64,000 nt of DNA, taken from Sphaerodactylus townsendi (taxonomy: Eukaryota). Positions within the stretch are counted from its first letter, which is position 1, and every line of letters begins with the position of its first letter. The DNA lies in assembly GCF_021028975.2 (NCBI RefSeq), contig NC_059428.1:26412001-26476000 (forward strand), given 5' to 3'. A program made the position numbers and the translations under genes. The notes beneath the pieces are model-generated. The model saw nothing but the letters and a program-made list of their open reading frames with translations, did not search any database and was not told where the DNA came from. Positions 26,101 through 39,800 of the stretch are shown here, piece after piece.

Positions 26101-29100
26101 GAGAGGGATAGGAAATATTGACAACAAGAGGAGGGGGAATAAAGAGGGGTTATTGGAGAAGGGGGTAGACACCAGGTAGACTGACAGAAGGGGGGGGGAG
26201 AAGGTTATCAGAGAAAGAAAGGGGAAGATTGACAGATAAGATGTGGGGCAAAAGGGAGAGGGGATAGGTTAGCAGATAAGGAGAAGGGGCAGAAAGAGAG
26301 GTAGGGAAGACTGACAGAATGGGAGGAAGGAGGAAGAGAACAAAGATTGTTAGAGAAGCGGGGAGAGGGAAGGAAGAAAAGTTGGGGAGGGATACACTCT
26401 CCCTGCAAATTTCTTGCGGGTCCCTGTTTGTAGAAGAATAATATGCAAATATTCTCTTGACAGCACGGTATGTCTTTTCACCAGAGGAAGCCCCTGATGT
26501 TAGGAGGAGGAGCACAAGATCCAACCCAGGTACATTTAAGAAGCAAGTTCTTACTAATTGCTTTGGTTCCAATATAACTTTCTAGTGCTTGGAGGTTTTC
26601 TTCGTCCACCAACATGGCATTCTCTTCCCCTCCACCCTGAACAAAAACACCAGCAGAAGCATTTTTGCTACCTTTGGTTTTACCTATTAAAAAACAGAAA
26701 AGTAAACGTTAGTGGAGGGACAATAAAATAACGAAAGCGATGCAAGCTTTAGATGTTAAACCAAAAGAATCTGAGAATCAGGGTCATTTCCATTTTCATT
26801 AGCATAATTCTTAAAGCCATTCTGGCCAGTGGCATTCCACACATTCTAAATTAAATAGGAATCATGCCCCTCAGCTGTTGGGCTGCCCTTTCTGGGTGGG
26901 AGAAAGGTTTCTACTAGAATTCACTACAAATACTTCATAGTTATCAGACAAAAATCCATAAACACCAACTAGTGCAAGATCTGATACACTTCTACAGAAC
27001 TGCTGATTGGTAATAAACGATGACCAAAAAAAATCTTGTCAGCTAACAGAAGAAACCAAACAGACTACTGTGCTGAAATGTCCTTCCTTCATCAAAATCT
27101 CCTTGAGGGAATGATTTCAATCATCATAACGTTCCACTGATTCAAATACAAGAGAAAAGCACATTATCCAAAGCTCAGTTCAGATATAACACAAAAACAA
27201 GATATATTTGAACAAAATCTATTAAATCCTGGTCACCACAACAAGAATTGTCTTCTTTCAATTGTGTGTGTGTGTGGGGGGGGGGGGGTGTCACCAAAGA
27301 AGCAGGCAGGATCAAACCCCATAAAGCCCCAGTTCTCTCCTCAGTTGAGACAGCCCAGATCTTCCTGGGAACTTGGATAGAGCAGGGGTCAGACATATGA
27401 AATGCATATCCTTTTAAAATGACAGCATCCTCATAGGGTATGTGTTTAATGGGAAAGAGAGGATGGTTTTACTTGTGGTTGTACTTGTTTTTTAAAGGCC
27501 GCAATTTTGGTCTACTTCTAGTTGTGCGCCTGAGTGCTAATAAAAAAACATTCATTTAGATTGACTTGGTTGATCTCTGTTACTCTTCCTCCTGGAAATA
27601 TTGCATGGGAATAAAAACTTCATTCACACAGATAAAGGATCCTTTGTTCATCTGGCTGGAGACCCCGTAACAAACTAATTTCCTCCTCTCCGGCCTAGTT
27701 CAGGTAATAATCCTACTTTCAGATATCACACTAAACCAAGTTAAGGCCAGCTATAATTAGTAACCTAACATTTGATACTGTTAGTGAAGTTATTTTAATT
27801 CGTCCACGGTTTCACACAATGTCTTAACTGAGTCACGGACTCTTCCTGAAACAAATGGTTAAGCTTCAAAGCTACCCACCATTAATGGTTTATGTTATTT
27901 TTCGATATACAGAGTGTAAAATCATACCAAAATCGAACATATCAAAGAGTCCATGAAATGCTGGATCCGACTCTGTTTGCTCCAGAATTTCCTGGATGGC
28001 TTCCTCAGTCATGTGAATCTCACCCTGCTGTTTTAAAACAATGAAGTTGTTGGTTTTAAATTTATAACCAGTTTTCTCTAAAAGTAGGCTGCATTCAGAC
28101 GTCACAGCAAAACAACAATAAGTTTTTTTTAAAAAAAACCAAGCTTACTTGTCAGGTTTGCGTGCATACCTTGTCCTCTGTTCCCCACCCCCAGACATAA
28201 TTGAAGCTAATTAAGGTTCTCCATTAAGGAGGAAAGGATGCACGCAAACACGTGCTAGATGCACGTGCTGGATTCATGAACACTCTCAGCATCAGCTTAT
28301 TGGGAGATCTCAATGCAGTGTTAGAAACGCACTCCTGGAAGCTAAGATATTTGCCTTCTGCTAAAAAGCAGGAGTTCCTCAGACGTAGCAAATACCGGAG
28401 CCCTTCCCTACTGCCCACAAACCTAGGAACGAGGCACATCACCATTGCATAAACGTCAATATGCCCCCCAAAAAGGCATCTTCCGAGGCTGAATTCCAGT
28501 GTCAGGAGGAAATGTCAGGGAAAGCCCTTGGCCTCTATGCCCTATGATTGGACCTCCAGATGAACTGGTTGGCCATTGTGTGAGACAGGACGCTGGACTA
28601 GCACCACCCAAAACGGCATTCATGTACAATTCACTGAAAGTAGTAACACTGGAGCAAATCTGTCCTGGTCAGTCCTCCGTCCTAGTTCCCACCGGCGAGG
28701 GGACATCTGATGTCCGGCGAGGGGAAAACAAATGCTACAACCTGCCTCCTTGGCTTTCCTGGCAGCCAGCCCATGACAAAATTAGCATCATCATACATTT
28801 TATGCAATGCATAGTAAACCTCAAGGCCTTACTTGGAGAGCAAGGAACTCATCAATTGAAGACTCCTGTATTGTAAGGCTGCTCTCTGGTTGCTTCGGAG
28901 CCTGAGAAACAGTGCCATCGCTGAAAAGGGAAAACACACCCAGTTATAAAATAATTAATACAGACTTCAGAAATAATGGTGATTTGGAAAAGATTTCAAA
29001 TGAAATCTGTTACCTGCCCAAGAATTTGTTAATGTTTTCAGCCAGCTTCTCCTGAAGACATTTGTTTCTCAGAATTTTCTCCCTGGCATTTTGAATAACC

Positions 29101-32100
29101 ATTTGCTACAAGAAAAAAATGTGAAGTTCAAGTCATTTTTGGTGCTGTTAGTAAGAAAACAATTGTTTTATCAGTGTCAGGGATCCATTTATTTTCAACC
29201 TCTAAACTGTAATTACAAAAAAACAACAACCAGGGGGACTTGGAAACATTTATGCTGTGGCTGATTAATGCGCAAGGACTCCCCACATTCCATACATACC
29301 ACTCCTAAGGACACTCCCACACAATTAAATGAGGCTATGTACGTTTCAGTATAACACAGAACCATCGAAACTGGATGGTGAAGTCAGTGCTACAAAATCC
29401 TGCAGTAAATTATGCTATCTAATCACAAAGGCACACAGCTCACAGTTACTCCATTCTGACATGAGTCCAGCTACTTAAATTCTAAAGCACTGAATTGGAT
29501 AGTCTTTCCAAAGAAGAAGAAGAGTTTGGATTTATATCCCCCCTTTCTCTCCTGCAGGAGACTCAAAGGGGCCTACAATCTCCTTGCCCTTCCCCCCTCA
29601 CAACAAACACCCTGTGAGGTGGGTGGGGCTGAGAGAGCGCCGAAAAGCTGTGACTAGCCCAAGGTCACCCAGCTGGCGTGTGTGGGAGTGCACAGGCTAA
29701 TGTGAATTCCCCAGATAAGCCTCCACAGCTCAAGCGGCAGAGCAGGGAATCAAACCCGGTTCCTCCAGATCAGAATTTAGGGGTCATTAAACGTTATACA
29801 GAAAAGGATCTGATAGTGAAGCTCCTGTACCCCTTTTCCTTTTACAAGTAGTCATTTTCCATTCTGCTTACAGGAAAATTGCCCTCTATAAGTCCTTCAA
29901 GTGGCTCACTTTCTTCTTCCATGGGTGAACTTTCTTCTTCCACTGTGGGAGAATCCTCTGAGCTACTGTTCGACGACTGTGATCCAGAGGACACGGCTTT
30001 TTTCTTTTGGGAGTCACTGAAATATTTGAGAAGTTCGTAAGAAGTGGGGACCGAACGAACACAAAGTGACACGGACAGCACGAAGACAAGAGCTTAGCAA
30101 TTCATGCTAAAGACCCCCCAACATATTATTTTCCTGTTCACTGAGATCCACATGCATCATGATGTTTATGATTATGATTTGGCTCAACAGTTTGCATTCT
30201 AGAGACACACGATTAAATGGGGAACTTAAAACTGAGGGGAAGCGACTCGGCACAGGTTTGCACACAAAGTAGCATGAAAGCAGAGAAGGATCAAGTGGGA
30301 GGTGTAAGCAGGGGATCATGTGCCCCCTCCATGTGATCAGTTTGGGGACTTTGTTGTTCGGCAGATGTTGCTTAACTTCGAATGTATAAGGGGGACATAA
30401 AACAATAACCTAAGCTGGAAACTAGCACCCACTTTTTCCGTTTTCCTGGAGACATCGTACTTGAGTGAAGCTTCCGCTCTTGAACTGCTGCAGAAACTAA
30501 GCTGAGAGAATCTCCTGCTTTAAAAGATACCAAGTAATAATTATCAACAACAATGATAACAAATGCCTGCATTCTGGAGGATACCCCCCATCCCAAATTC
30601 TCATTCTCCTTTAAAGCAACTGACTGCATGATTTTAAGTCCTTGTGAGGATTCACACCCTCTCTTGTTTTTAAAGACAATGGAATCTGAAGTAGCCATTG
30701 AAGTCCCTGCTGGAAATCCATGCTCATTATGAACACGTGACTTATTCTGAATCAAACCATTGGTCCATTAATGCCAATATAGTCTACTCAAACTAGCAGG
30801 AGCACCTCAAGGTCTTAGAAGAAGAATTGGATTTTTATATCCCCCCCTTTCTCTCCTGTAAGGAGACTCAAGGGGGCTTACAAAATCCTTTCCCTTCTCT
30901 CCTCACAACAAACAGGGTGAGGTAGGTGGGGCTGAGAGAGCTCTGAGAAGCTGTGACTAGCCCAAGGTCACCCAGCTGGCGTGTGTGGGAGTGCACAGGC
31001 TATTCTGAATTCTCCAGATAAGCCTCCACAGTTCAAACGGCAGAGCCGGGAATCAAACCTGGTTCAGCAGATTAGAGTGCACCTGCTCTTAACCACTACA
31101 CCATGCTGGCTGTAAGGCGGTAGGCATTTCACCGTGTCTACTACCCGATCCATTAAACTGGCCAGGCTGGGAATTCACTTCATTTTGCATGCCAAGCAGG
31201 TGTTCTATCACCATGGTCCTTCCCCACTGGTTGTAATTCAGATGAGGATTTTAAAGCAATCTCATCAGCAAATAAAAAAATCCATATCAAAATTTCCTCA
31301 CTGTTAATACAGATTCCTTGGGCTTGGGGCTGGTGTGCAGATGCAGGGCCTGAACTGGTCTCAGCCTGATTTGGAGTTGCCACTGGCTTAAGAATAACTT
31401 GCGTGGCTGTCATTGGAATGGAGCTCAGCTGTCCTGGTTGAAGCACAAGACATGGCGGCCCCAAACTGGAAGAGGCTGATGACTGGAGACACTTCTGCTT
31501 CTTCAGATCTGCAATTGCGCTTCTTGTGCGGCCTAAGAGAAGAGTTAAAATTAAATTATTTGTTTACTATGTTTAAACTAGCAAAGCATCCATACTAATA
31601 CGTAAACTGTGGAGTAGTATACACTGAGAATAATACCAATTGGCAAGAAATATACTACAGCGACCCTGAGCCTAAAGCTCCAAAAAAGAAGGCTGCTGAT
31701 GTCACAAAATTAGCAAACCAGCCATACTGTTACTATTCTGAAGACCTTACTGCAGAGCTGAAGCAAAACCAGTTGCTCATTTACCTGTGCAGCAATTTTC
31801 CAGCCAAATCAGGTACGCAATTACAGTCCTGTTGCCAAAGACCAAGTGGAGCAGTTGTAGATGATGTTGTGGAATTACTCACAAACTTCAGCGGCACTGA
31901 GAGACCTTATTGCCTGGGTCCCTTCCAGATCAAGGTAGCAGTTGCAGCTTCAGGGAAGCTCAACCTTTCTCAACTGGAGCTCTGAAAAGTTTACCTTGCC
32001 TACCTGCTTGGTAAGGGGATGTGGACATATGCACAATAAATGTTCTAAAAGATGCTTGTGGGTAGGGGAGTCTTCACCAGTGCAGTCCCTGCTACAACAT

Positions 32101-33706
32101 TCAGCTCTATCTCTATTAAGCTATATATATTAGTATTAAAAATAACACTGGAAATGTTTTGGGGGAAGGATCTTATAAGAAGAAGAGTTTGAATTTATAT
32201 CCCCCCTTTCTCTCTTGTAAGGAGACTCAATCTCCTTTCCCCTCCTCGCCCACAACAAACACCCTGTGATGAGGGTAAGGCTGAGAGAGCGCCGAAGAAC
32301 TGTGACTTGCCCAAGGTCACCCAGTTGGCATGTGTTGGAGTGCACAAGCTAATCTGGTTCACCAGATAAGCCTCCACAGCTCAAATGACAGAGCAGGAAA
32401 TCAAACCCGGTTCTCCAAATTAGAGTGCATCTGCTCTTAACCACTATACCACACTGACTTGTTAAGACTGAAATACTAAGCTTCCATACTTAGAAGTAAG
32501 TCTCCCTGAAATCTCTGGGACTTTACTTCCAAATAAATGTAGTTCAGAGCAGGCAAAGGCTTACAAAGATTAACTTCACAGCACGTAAAATCTATCACAA
32601 CTTTCTGAGACGTACCCCTTTGGTGAGCAGAAAATGCACTAGAATTCTGCATGCTCCTAAAAAAAAAAGATTGACAAACTACATTAGAATACTCTATGTC
32701 ATGAATGCCAAAAGTACTATACAGTTTGATATGTATTAGACAGAAAACAGCCACATAATATTGTTTATGTAAGATGTGAAACAAATGCATAAGCAAATGC
32801 AGCATAAAAGCAATGTCATATTTTCCATGAACTTCATGTCCCTTTGATGAGGGCCATGAGTTTCAATATGCTATATTTCCCAGACAAAGCTTTGGAATAT
32901 TTGAAGCCATTTTCAAAATAAAATAACTGCGACATATATCATCATTATGCTTAATTCTGAACGTGCCCCAAAGTGCTGGTAAAAAATAAGCAGAACATAG
33001 TAATGTACAGAGAAGGGAGATTTTCCTACAAATGTAGGTGAGGGAGATTAGTTGCTGTCTTCGGAGTTGCCTAGCAACTCCCAAAGTGCATTGGCAGAGG
33101 GGAAGTCTGCATGAAGGGTCAGCAGGCTGAATGCCCAATAGGCACTTGCTTTGGAGGAGCAACAGGTGGTAAACTCTAGCAATGCATGGGGGGCAGGGAG
33201 CCAATGGCCAGTCTGGTGCTCGTCAGCCCAGTTGGTAAGGGCGAAGAGAGAAGGTTGCAGCTGAAAGCTCCCTCCCAACCCACGCACAGCCAGCACACAG
33301 AACCCACTTTCTTTGGCTGCCACTGTCTTTCCCTCCTGGTGGCAAGGAGGGGGTAGATCCAGAAAAGAGGGTGCAGTGGGGAAGGGGGGCAAAAGGGACT
33401 AGTGTTGGGAAAAAATTGTAGTAGGGAAGAGACTAGAGTAGGCAGCAGTGGGATGAGGAGCATGGCGAAAGCTGGCAGGGGTGGAAGATCAAAATCTGGA
33501 GGAGACCAGAGACAAAATTTCCATGCAAGTTTTTCATGCGTCCCACTTGTACATACCATGTATTTGTACATGTACAATTTATGGAAAGCTGTAGAAATAA
33601 CTGCAACTAAAATGGTACCAATTGCCTATTTATATCTCACAAAGACTTTAATCATGAACAGGTTTTTTATTGTGTTATGATTATTGTTATGCCAAATAAA
33701 GGCTTA

Positions 33707-33740
<34 letters not shown>

Positions 33741-33784
33741 TAATAATAATTAAAATTAATATTTTAATTATAATTAAAAATAAT

Positions 33785-33843
<59 letters not shown>

Positions 33844-36800
33844 ACAAGTTGACTCGCTATTCCTCCTGTATTTGGTTGTCCTGATTTGACCCAAATGCTT
33901 CAGAATCATTTCTGCAAAAGCTAATAATTCAAAGCTATCAAGGAGATGACATCAGTCAAGCAATCATCACAACACCACCAAGTTAGCCCACAGGGAGGAG
34001 ACCTTTCACTCCTTTAATTAGAAAGTGTAGGCAAACTCCCTCAGAAATATGGGCTAGCATTTCCATTCCAAACAGATTACCTGATCTGAGACAGGGTATA
34101 GTCTAACTTCTTCCACAAGGATGACATCATTGCAGGAACGTCATGCGCAGTTTCTTTTAAAAAAGAAATCAAAACAAAAAACATGCACCTGAGAATGGCT
34201 GAAATTGAGGCTGGAAAGGCAGCGAGCCATAGGGAGAGACCGTACAGTTGACAAGGCTATGGGGGGCTGAATTCACAGAAATTCCAACAGAGGTCACAAA
34301 ATGAATGCAATTTTACCACCTCCCCCTTTTCACTGCAGCCCCCGGGGGGGTCTGTGAAAAGCTGCTCCTGAGTGGTAGACAACTCTCAGGAACAGGGTGG
34401 GAGACTGCAGCAGGAAGGAGAAATGGGAGGAAATCAGTCTTCAATGTGTATTAGTAGAAGGGTTTGGCAAACTAACAAATGGGATAATGTTTACTATCAT
34501 TAAACACTGCTCCTTTTAGTATACAGTGGAACCTCGGTTTTCGTTGGTAATCCGTCCGAAAAGAATCGATGAAAACCGAAACCGATGAAAACTGAGGCAA
34601 ACTTTTCCATAGAAATCAATGTAAATCCAATTAATCCGTTCTAGGCACTCCAAAAAAGTACCAAAAACACATTTTTTGGTGAATAAACATAGTGTTTAAT
34701 GCTGAAAACAGTAACAAACAATAACACTAGGACCAGCTTCAGAGCCAGTGGACCAATATCGCACCAGAAAGCTGTCCAAAGAGGTCTGTTTCTTATGCCT
34801 CTTTAAGATTTGTCTGAAATGGGGCATGACATTGTCATTAGTTGCAGACATGGCTGCAACAGCTTTTTCTGGGTGATTTTTCTCCACAAACCCCTGCACC
34901 TTACTGCAAATCGATGAAAACCGAGGCAAATCGATGAAAACCGAGACAAATTTTTCACTGAAAAAAATCAATGAAAACCGAAACCGATGAAAACTGAAGG
35001 CAATGAAAACCGAGGGTCCACTGTATATAATTTGAGAGGGAGAGGTGAAAATCTGAGGAACATATTCACTAAACAAAGAAATCTTTACTTGGAAATGGGT
35101 CTCGTTAGCTTCAGCTGAGCTCACTTCCTAATAAGTATGATAGGTTTTGCATTCCTGGAGATTAATGTGTGTACAACATGCCCTCTCAAATTTTATTTAA
35201 GATCTCTATTTAAGATCTACTCTGTTAATGAATGTCATTATAGTGCTATGTGGCCTGGTGCTACCATATTTATGGAAGACCAAATCACAAAAAAGCTATT
35301 TAAACAAACAGATTTCATGAAATTTCTTAAATCTGGCAATTCACTTAGCAAGAAGTTATGCATGCTAAATGGATTTTAGAATTTGAAATTTGGATTTTCA
35401 CACACAAAAAACCCACCCCGCTAGAGGGGAAAATTTGTTCAGACTCAAAATAGCCAAATTCTAGCATTGCCCAAACCCTGCTCTCTCGCTACGTACCTTT
35501 TGTTTTCATTGCTATGTACTCATTCAGGATAGTGGTCAAGTTTTTCCCAAACAGAGACTGCAGAAGAAAGAATAGTATTAAAGCTGAAGAACCTCTGGTA
35601 CCAGCAGACTGCAAAACATTAGCTCCGTAAAAGTGCTCTGACCACACAGATGCCATGGATGAAAAATCCATTAATCAAACAACTTTCATAGGGAATTCGT
35701 TTTCATGGTAGAGAACACAGCTCTTGAAATGGGCTCAGGTTTAATAGAGCAGATTCACCTGGAAAATGTCATTGTGGCATGCGAGAGTTATACAAGTGGG
35801 GCAAATGAGGACTCACCAATAAACAAGCTGGAACGAAGCCATCCCCTGTACAGTGTTCTGCATATTCTTTTAAATCTGAGCTTTCCAATATAAATGTTCG
35901 GCATGTGCTTAAAAGTTTTTCCTGCTGTAAATACCCTGCAAACAGACAAATCAAAAGTTTCTGCTGCATTATGTGTCACTATGACTAAGCAAAAAGCCAA
36001 AGGACTGATATACCAAACATCATTTATTGGCTCAGTTCAGACACTGCATAAAACCTTTGTTTAAATATATTAAATATAGTTAGTGTGACCTGAAGCTAGA
36101 ATTCGAGGTTTAGTAACGAAAGTTAGTCTTTACTGTGATGTTGCATGATCAATGAGTGCAGGAATGCGAGTCTTATATTGACTTGTTTCTCAGTATGCCC
36201 TCCTACACAACAGAGAAGAGCTAATGAAACTAGCACACATCGCGGCAAACTAGGATTTGAATGATCAGGTAAGTGGGGAAATGAGTCCTGAGTTCATAGA
36301 CTAACCATAGTTAAAACAAATCTTAGTTTGGTGCGATGTTTGTATTGAGCCATATATTTTTAGAAGTGCAATTCCATGAAAGGTGATCAGCAGTTTTTAT
36401 TGCTGAAGGAAATACACTGAAAAGCTGACTGTGCCATGTGAAATGGAGCCACATTCTCTTAAGATATCTATTACTGGCCTTGCTATTCAATAGGACCTTC
36501 TGCTTCATTTTAGTCTAATAAACTTGTGAGACAGGTAAAACGGCAGAACAGGGATCCAAGCCTAGGTCTCCCAGATTCAAGACCAACACCTTAACTTCCA
36601 CATCACACTTTTGAGTCAATGCTAAGAATCATATTCTAACTGAGAATTTTAAGTTAAACAATGACAGAACCTCCCACAGCAAGAAGTTAGTCAGAATGTG
36701 AGTCTTATTTCTGTATTCCAAATGTACTGTGTCTCCAACAAAAAACTACCTCAGACCTTTTTTCCGGTCTTTTCCCAATGTACAATGGAGAAGTGAGATC

Positions 36801-39800
36801 TCACCGTGACTGCCCTGAAAGATAATGGGAACTGCATGCATGCAGAACCTAACCCACCGTCTTATTGCCAGTGTATAATCTGGCAAACAATTACAGAATT
36901 GGATTCTATTAACTTTGGGTTTACATGGGAACAGTCTATTTCAGTGTTCTGACCACATAACATCTAGCAGTTTCGCTTTTGGAACACGTCAGCGTCTACC
37001 GGATGGAGAGGCACACCCACCAAATCCAGGTTAGGGCGAATGATCCATGCAAAGAAGGGAATGAAACTAGCTACCAATAACCAAGGCTGAAAATAATCTC
37101 TACATTTATACTCCAATTAAAAATAAACAACAAGCTTGTATGCGGAATTGGTAGCACAAGCAGCTTTGGCTTTCTTGTGTGCCAGTACTATTGGCAGATT
37201 CATCCCCAGGAGATGGCATCATGAGAGAAATAGAAAAGGAGTCACAGTTCTTCTTGTAGGTTTTTTGCCCTCTGAAAAGGAAATGATTTGAATTATCTAG
37301 TCCCAGACCATTAGTGTATATACCACTGTATCCAGTCACATTTTCTCATTCTGAATCTAGCTCTGACCTGGATAAAACAACATTCTCTTTTCTCATTAGA
37401 CACTGAACTTACACCATTTTCTTTTCCACATTTTGTTTTCACGAAGCCTGAGGATGGCTTTGTGCAACTGCATAAAAAGAAGCAAATCAGGTGGGATGGG
37501 CGATACCCTGTTTTCCCGAAAATAAGCCCCAGTATGATTTTTCAGGATGCTTGGATTTTGGAGGATGCTTGAAATATAAGCCCTACTTCAAAAATAAGCC
37601 CTAGTTACAGATTCCCCGGCACAACTGATCTGGTCATGTGGGTGGTGCAAAATCATGGAAAAAAATAAGACATCCCCTGAAAATAAGCCCTAACACATCT
37701 TTTGGAGCAAAAATTAATATAGGACCCTGTCTTATTTTCGGTGAAACACTGTAGCTGTGATATCTAGTTTTTATTAGCATGACATTGTGCAGAAAATAAA
37801 CATTAAACAGCTGTTTAACCAGGTATTATTTATGTTAGGAATTTCTATATCACCTCTTCGTCCCCAAGGAAATAAATCCACACATTAAAAAGAAATGAAA
37901 ACACAAATATATATAAAACTATTTATTTGCAGGACAGCTCTAAATGTTCAGAACAAAACCCTGATTCCACCAACCCAAAAATGGTCAAATTAAGCCAAGC
38001 AACTAACTCAATTCGGTCTTTGCCTCAACTGAATAATTGTCAGAACTGCCAATTCATTGGCCATCATCCAGCCTATTACTGTCTCAAAGCAGTGATTCAG
38101 AACATGTCCTGCCTGACTATCAAAACAGAGTGAAGTGCCATCTGCATACCAACTATGCTGTACTTCAAACCCCAAATGGCATCGCTTGTCAATGTCACAT
38201 GAGATGTTAAACAGTACAGCTGGACAAGACGAAACCTTATGGAACATCAAAGAACAAATGCCACATGGGTCAAGCAATGGTTTCTCAGAATTACATCCTG
38301 GTAATGGTGTGAGAAGTAGCAGCAGAACTTCTGAAGCTCAGTGCCTCTCCATCTCAGTTCATCATCCTAGAAGGGAACTATGGTGGAGGAGAAGAGTTTG
38401 GATTTTATACCCCACTTTTCCCAACTGTAAGGAGTCTCCAAGTGGCTTACAAACTCTTTCCTTTCCTCTTCCTCACAATAAATACCTAGTAAGTTAGGTG
38501 AGCTTGAGAGATTTCTGAGAGAACTGTGACTAGCCCAGGGTCACCCAGCAGATCTTATGTGGAAAAGCAGGGAAACAAACCTGGTTCACCAAATTAGATC
38601 CCCGGCCCCAAGGATCCCTGTCTCCCACCAGAGCCAAGGTTTTTACGGCCCTGGCTCCTGCATAGTGGAAAGTACTGTTCGCAGATGCTAGAGCTCTGCA
38701 GGATATTGCAAAATTTCGCAGAGCTTGGAAGACCAAACTATTCTGTCAGGCATACAATTGAAGCCGAGATAAAATGCTGTGAAATCTGTAGGCCCCAACA
38801 TCTACATTCCTCCTATACCCAAATGACAGCTATGAGACTGGACAGTTGGGATCTACATGGGCAAATGATTCAGATTAAAAATGACAACAGGGTTTTCATT
38901 ATATGTTTAATTGTTATTTATGTTAAGTATTTTTATGTGACTATTTACAGCTTCATCCAAACTCCCCAGCAGCAGGCCTACAGCGCTAATGCAGCATGGT
39001 CCTGCCACTTCCAAAAGAGCTTTCCAGAGGCATGGAAAGAGGGAAAAGCTCTGAAATCCATTGCCGCTCAAAAGATAGGATTGAAAGGACATATGCCATT
39101 AAAAGAATGGCATATGTCCAAGAGCTGGTGTGCCATGTAACCAGCCCTCAACCTTGGGAGGGACCTGACTAACATACATCCCGTATGCTGATGTCTGAGA
39201 AGGGCCAGACTTCCATGTTTTGTGATGATGAGGTTGCACGATGCACGGTTTCCCCCTCCGCCAGGACAGGTGCCCAGAGGAGGGTGAATGCACCAGCATG
39301 ACTGCATGTCATGTCCACATGCCTTTCACACGCACCTTTGGGCCCATGTCCACATGCCTTTCACACGCACCTTTAGGCCCATGAGCCTACATTTCACCTG
39401 TTAATGGCTGGCAAATGACACAGCATCCAACTGTAAGTCAGAACTGACTCCCAAATCCAGTGTGTAATCTGCCACACAGGCGAGTGACTACATATACAGG
39501 GACAGAAATACACCTTTCAAGGAAACCACCAGTTACAACGTACTCATCTGCGGGCAAAAAAAAAAGCATACATGATTTTGAATCACACAGAACTTTTTAT
39601 CTGCCTGGGCTACCCTGTTTAACCCTACTTAGTATTATGCATATTTTCAGAGGTAAAACCACTTCTCATGAACTGACACAACTTGCAAATGACAAGAAAG
39701 CCAATGGGATTCTGGGATGCATCAATAAGAGTATAGTATCTCGACCGAGGGAAGTAATTGTACCACTCTACTCTGCATTGGTCAGACCTCACCTAGAGTA

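Noticed and set aside
31785-31981. Minus-strand segment with a good acceptor and donor, first considered NPAT exon 6
   Set aside because: Stop codons in all three frames; the real exon 6 is 31302-31532.
33706-33841. Inverted TTA/TAA tract as a functional cruciform
   Set aside because: Ordinary microsatellite; self-complementarity is a by-product of low complexity.
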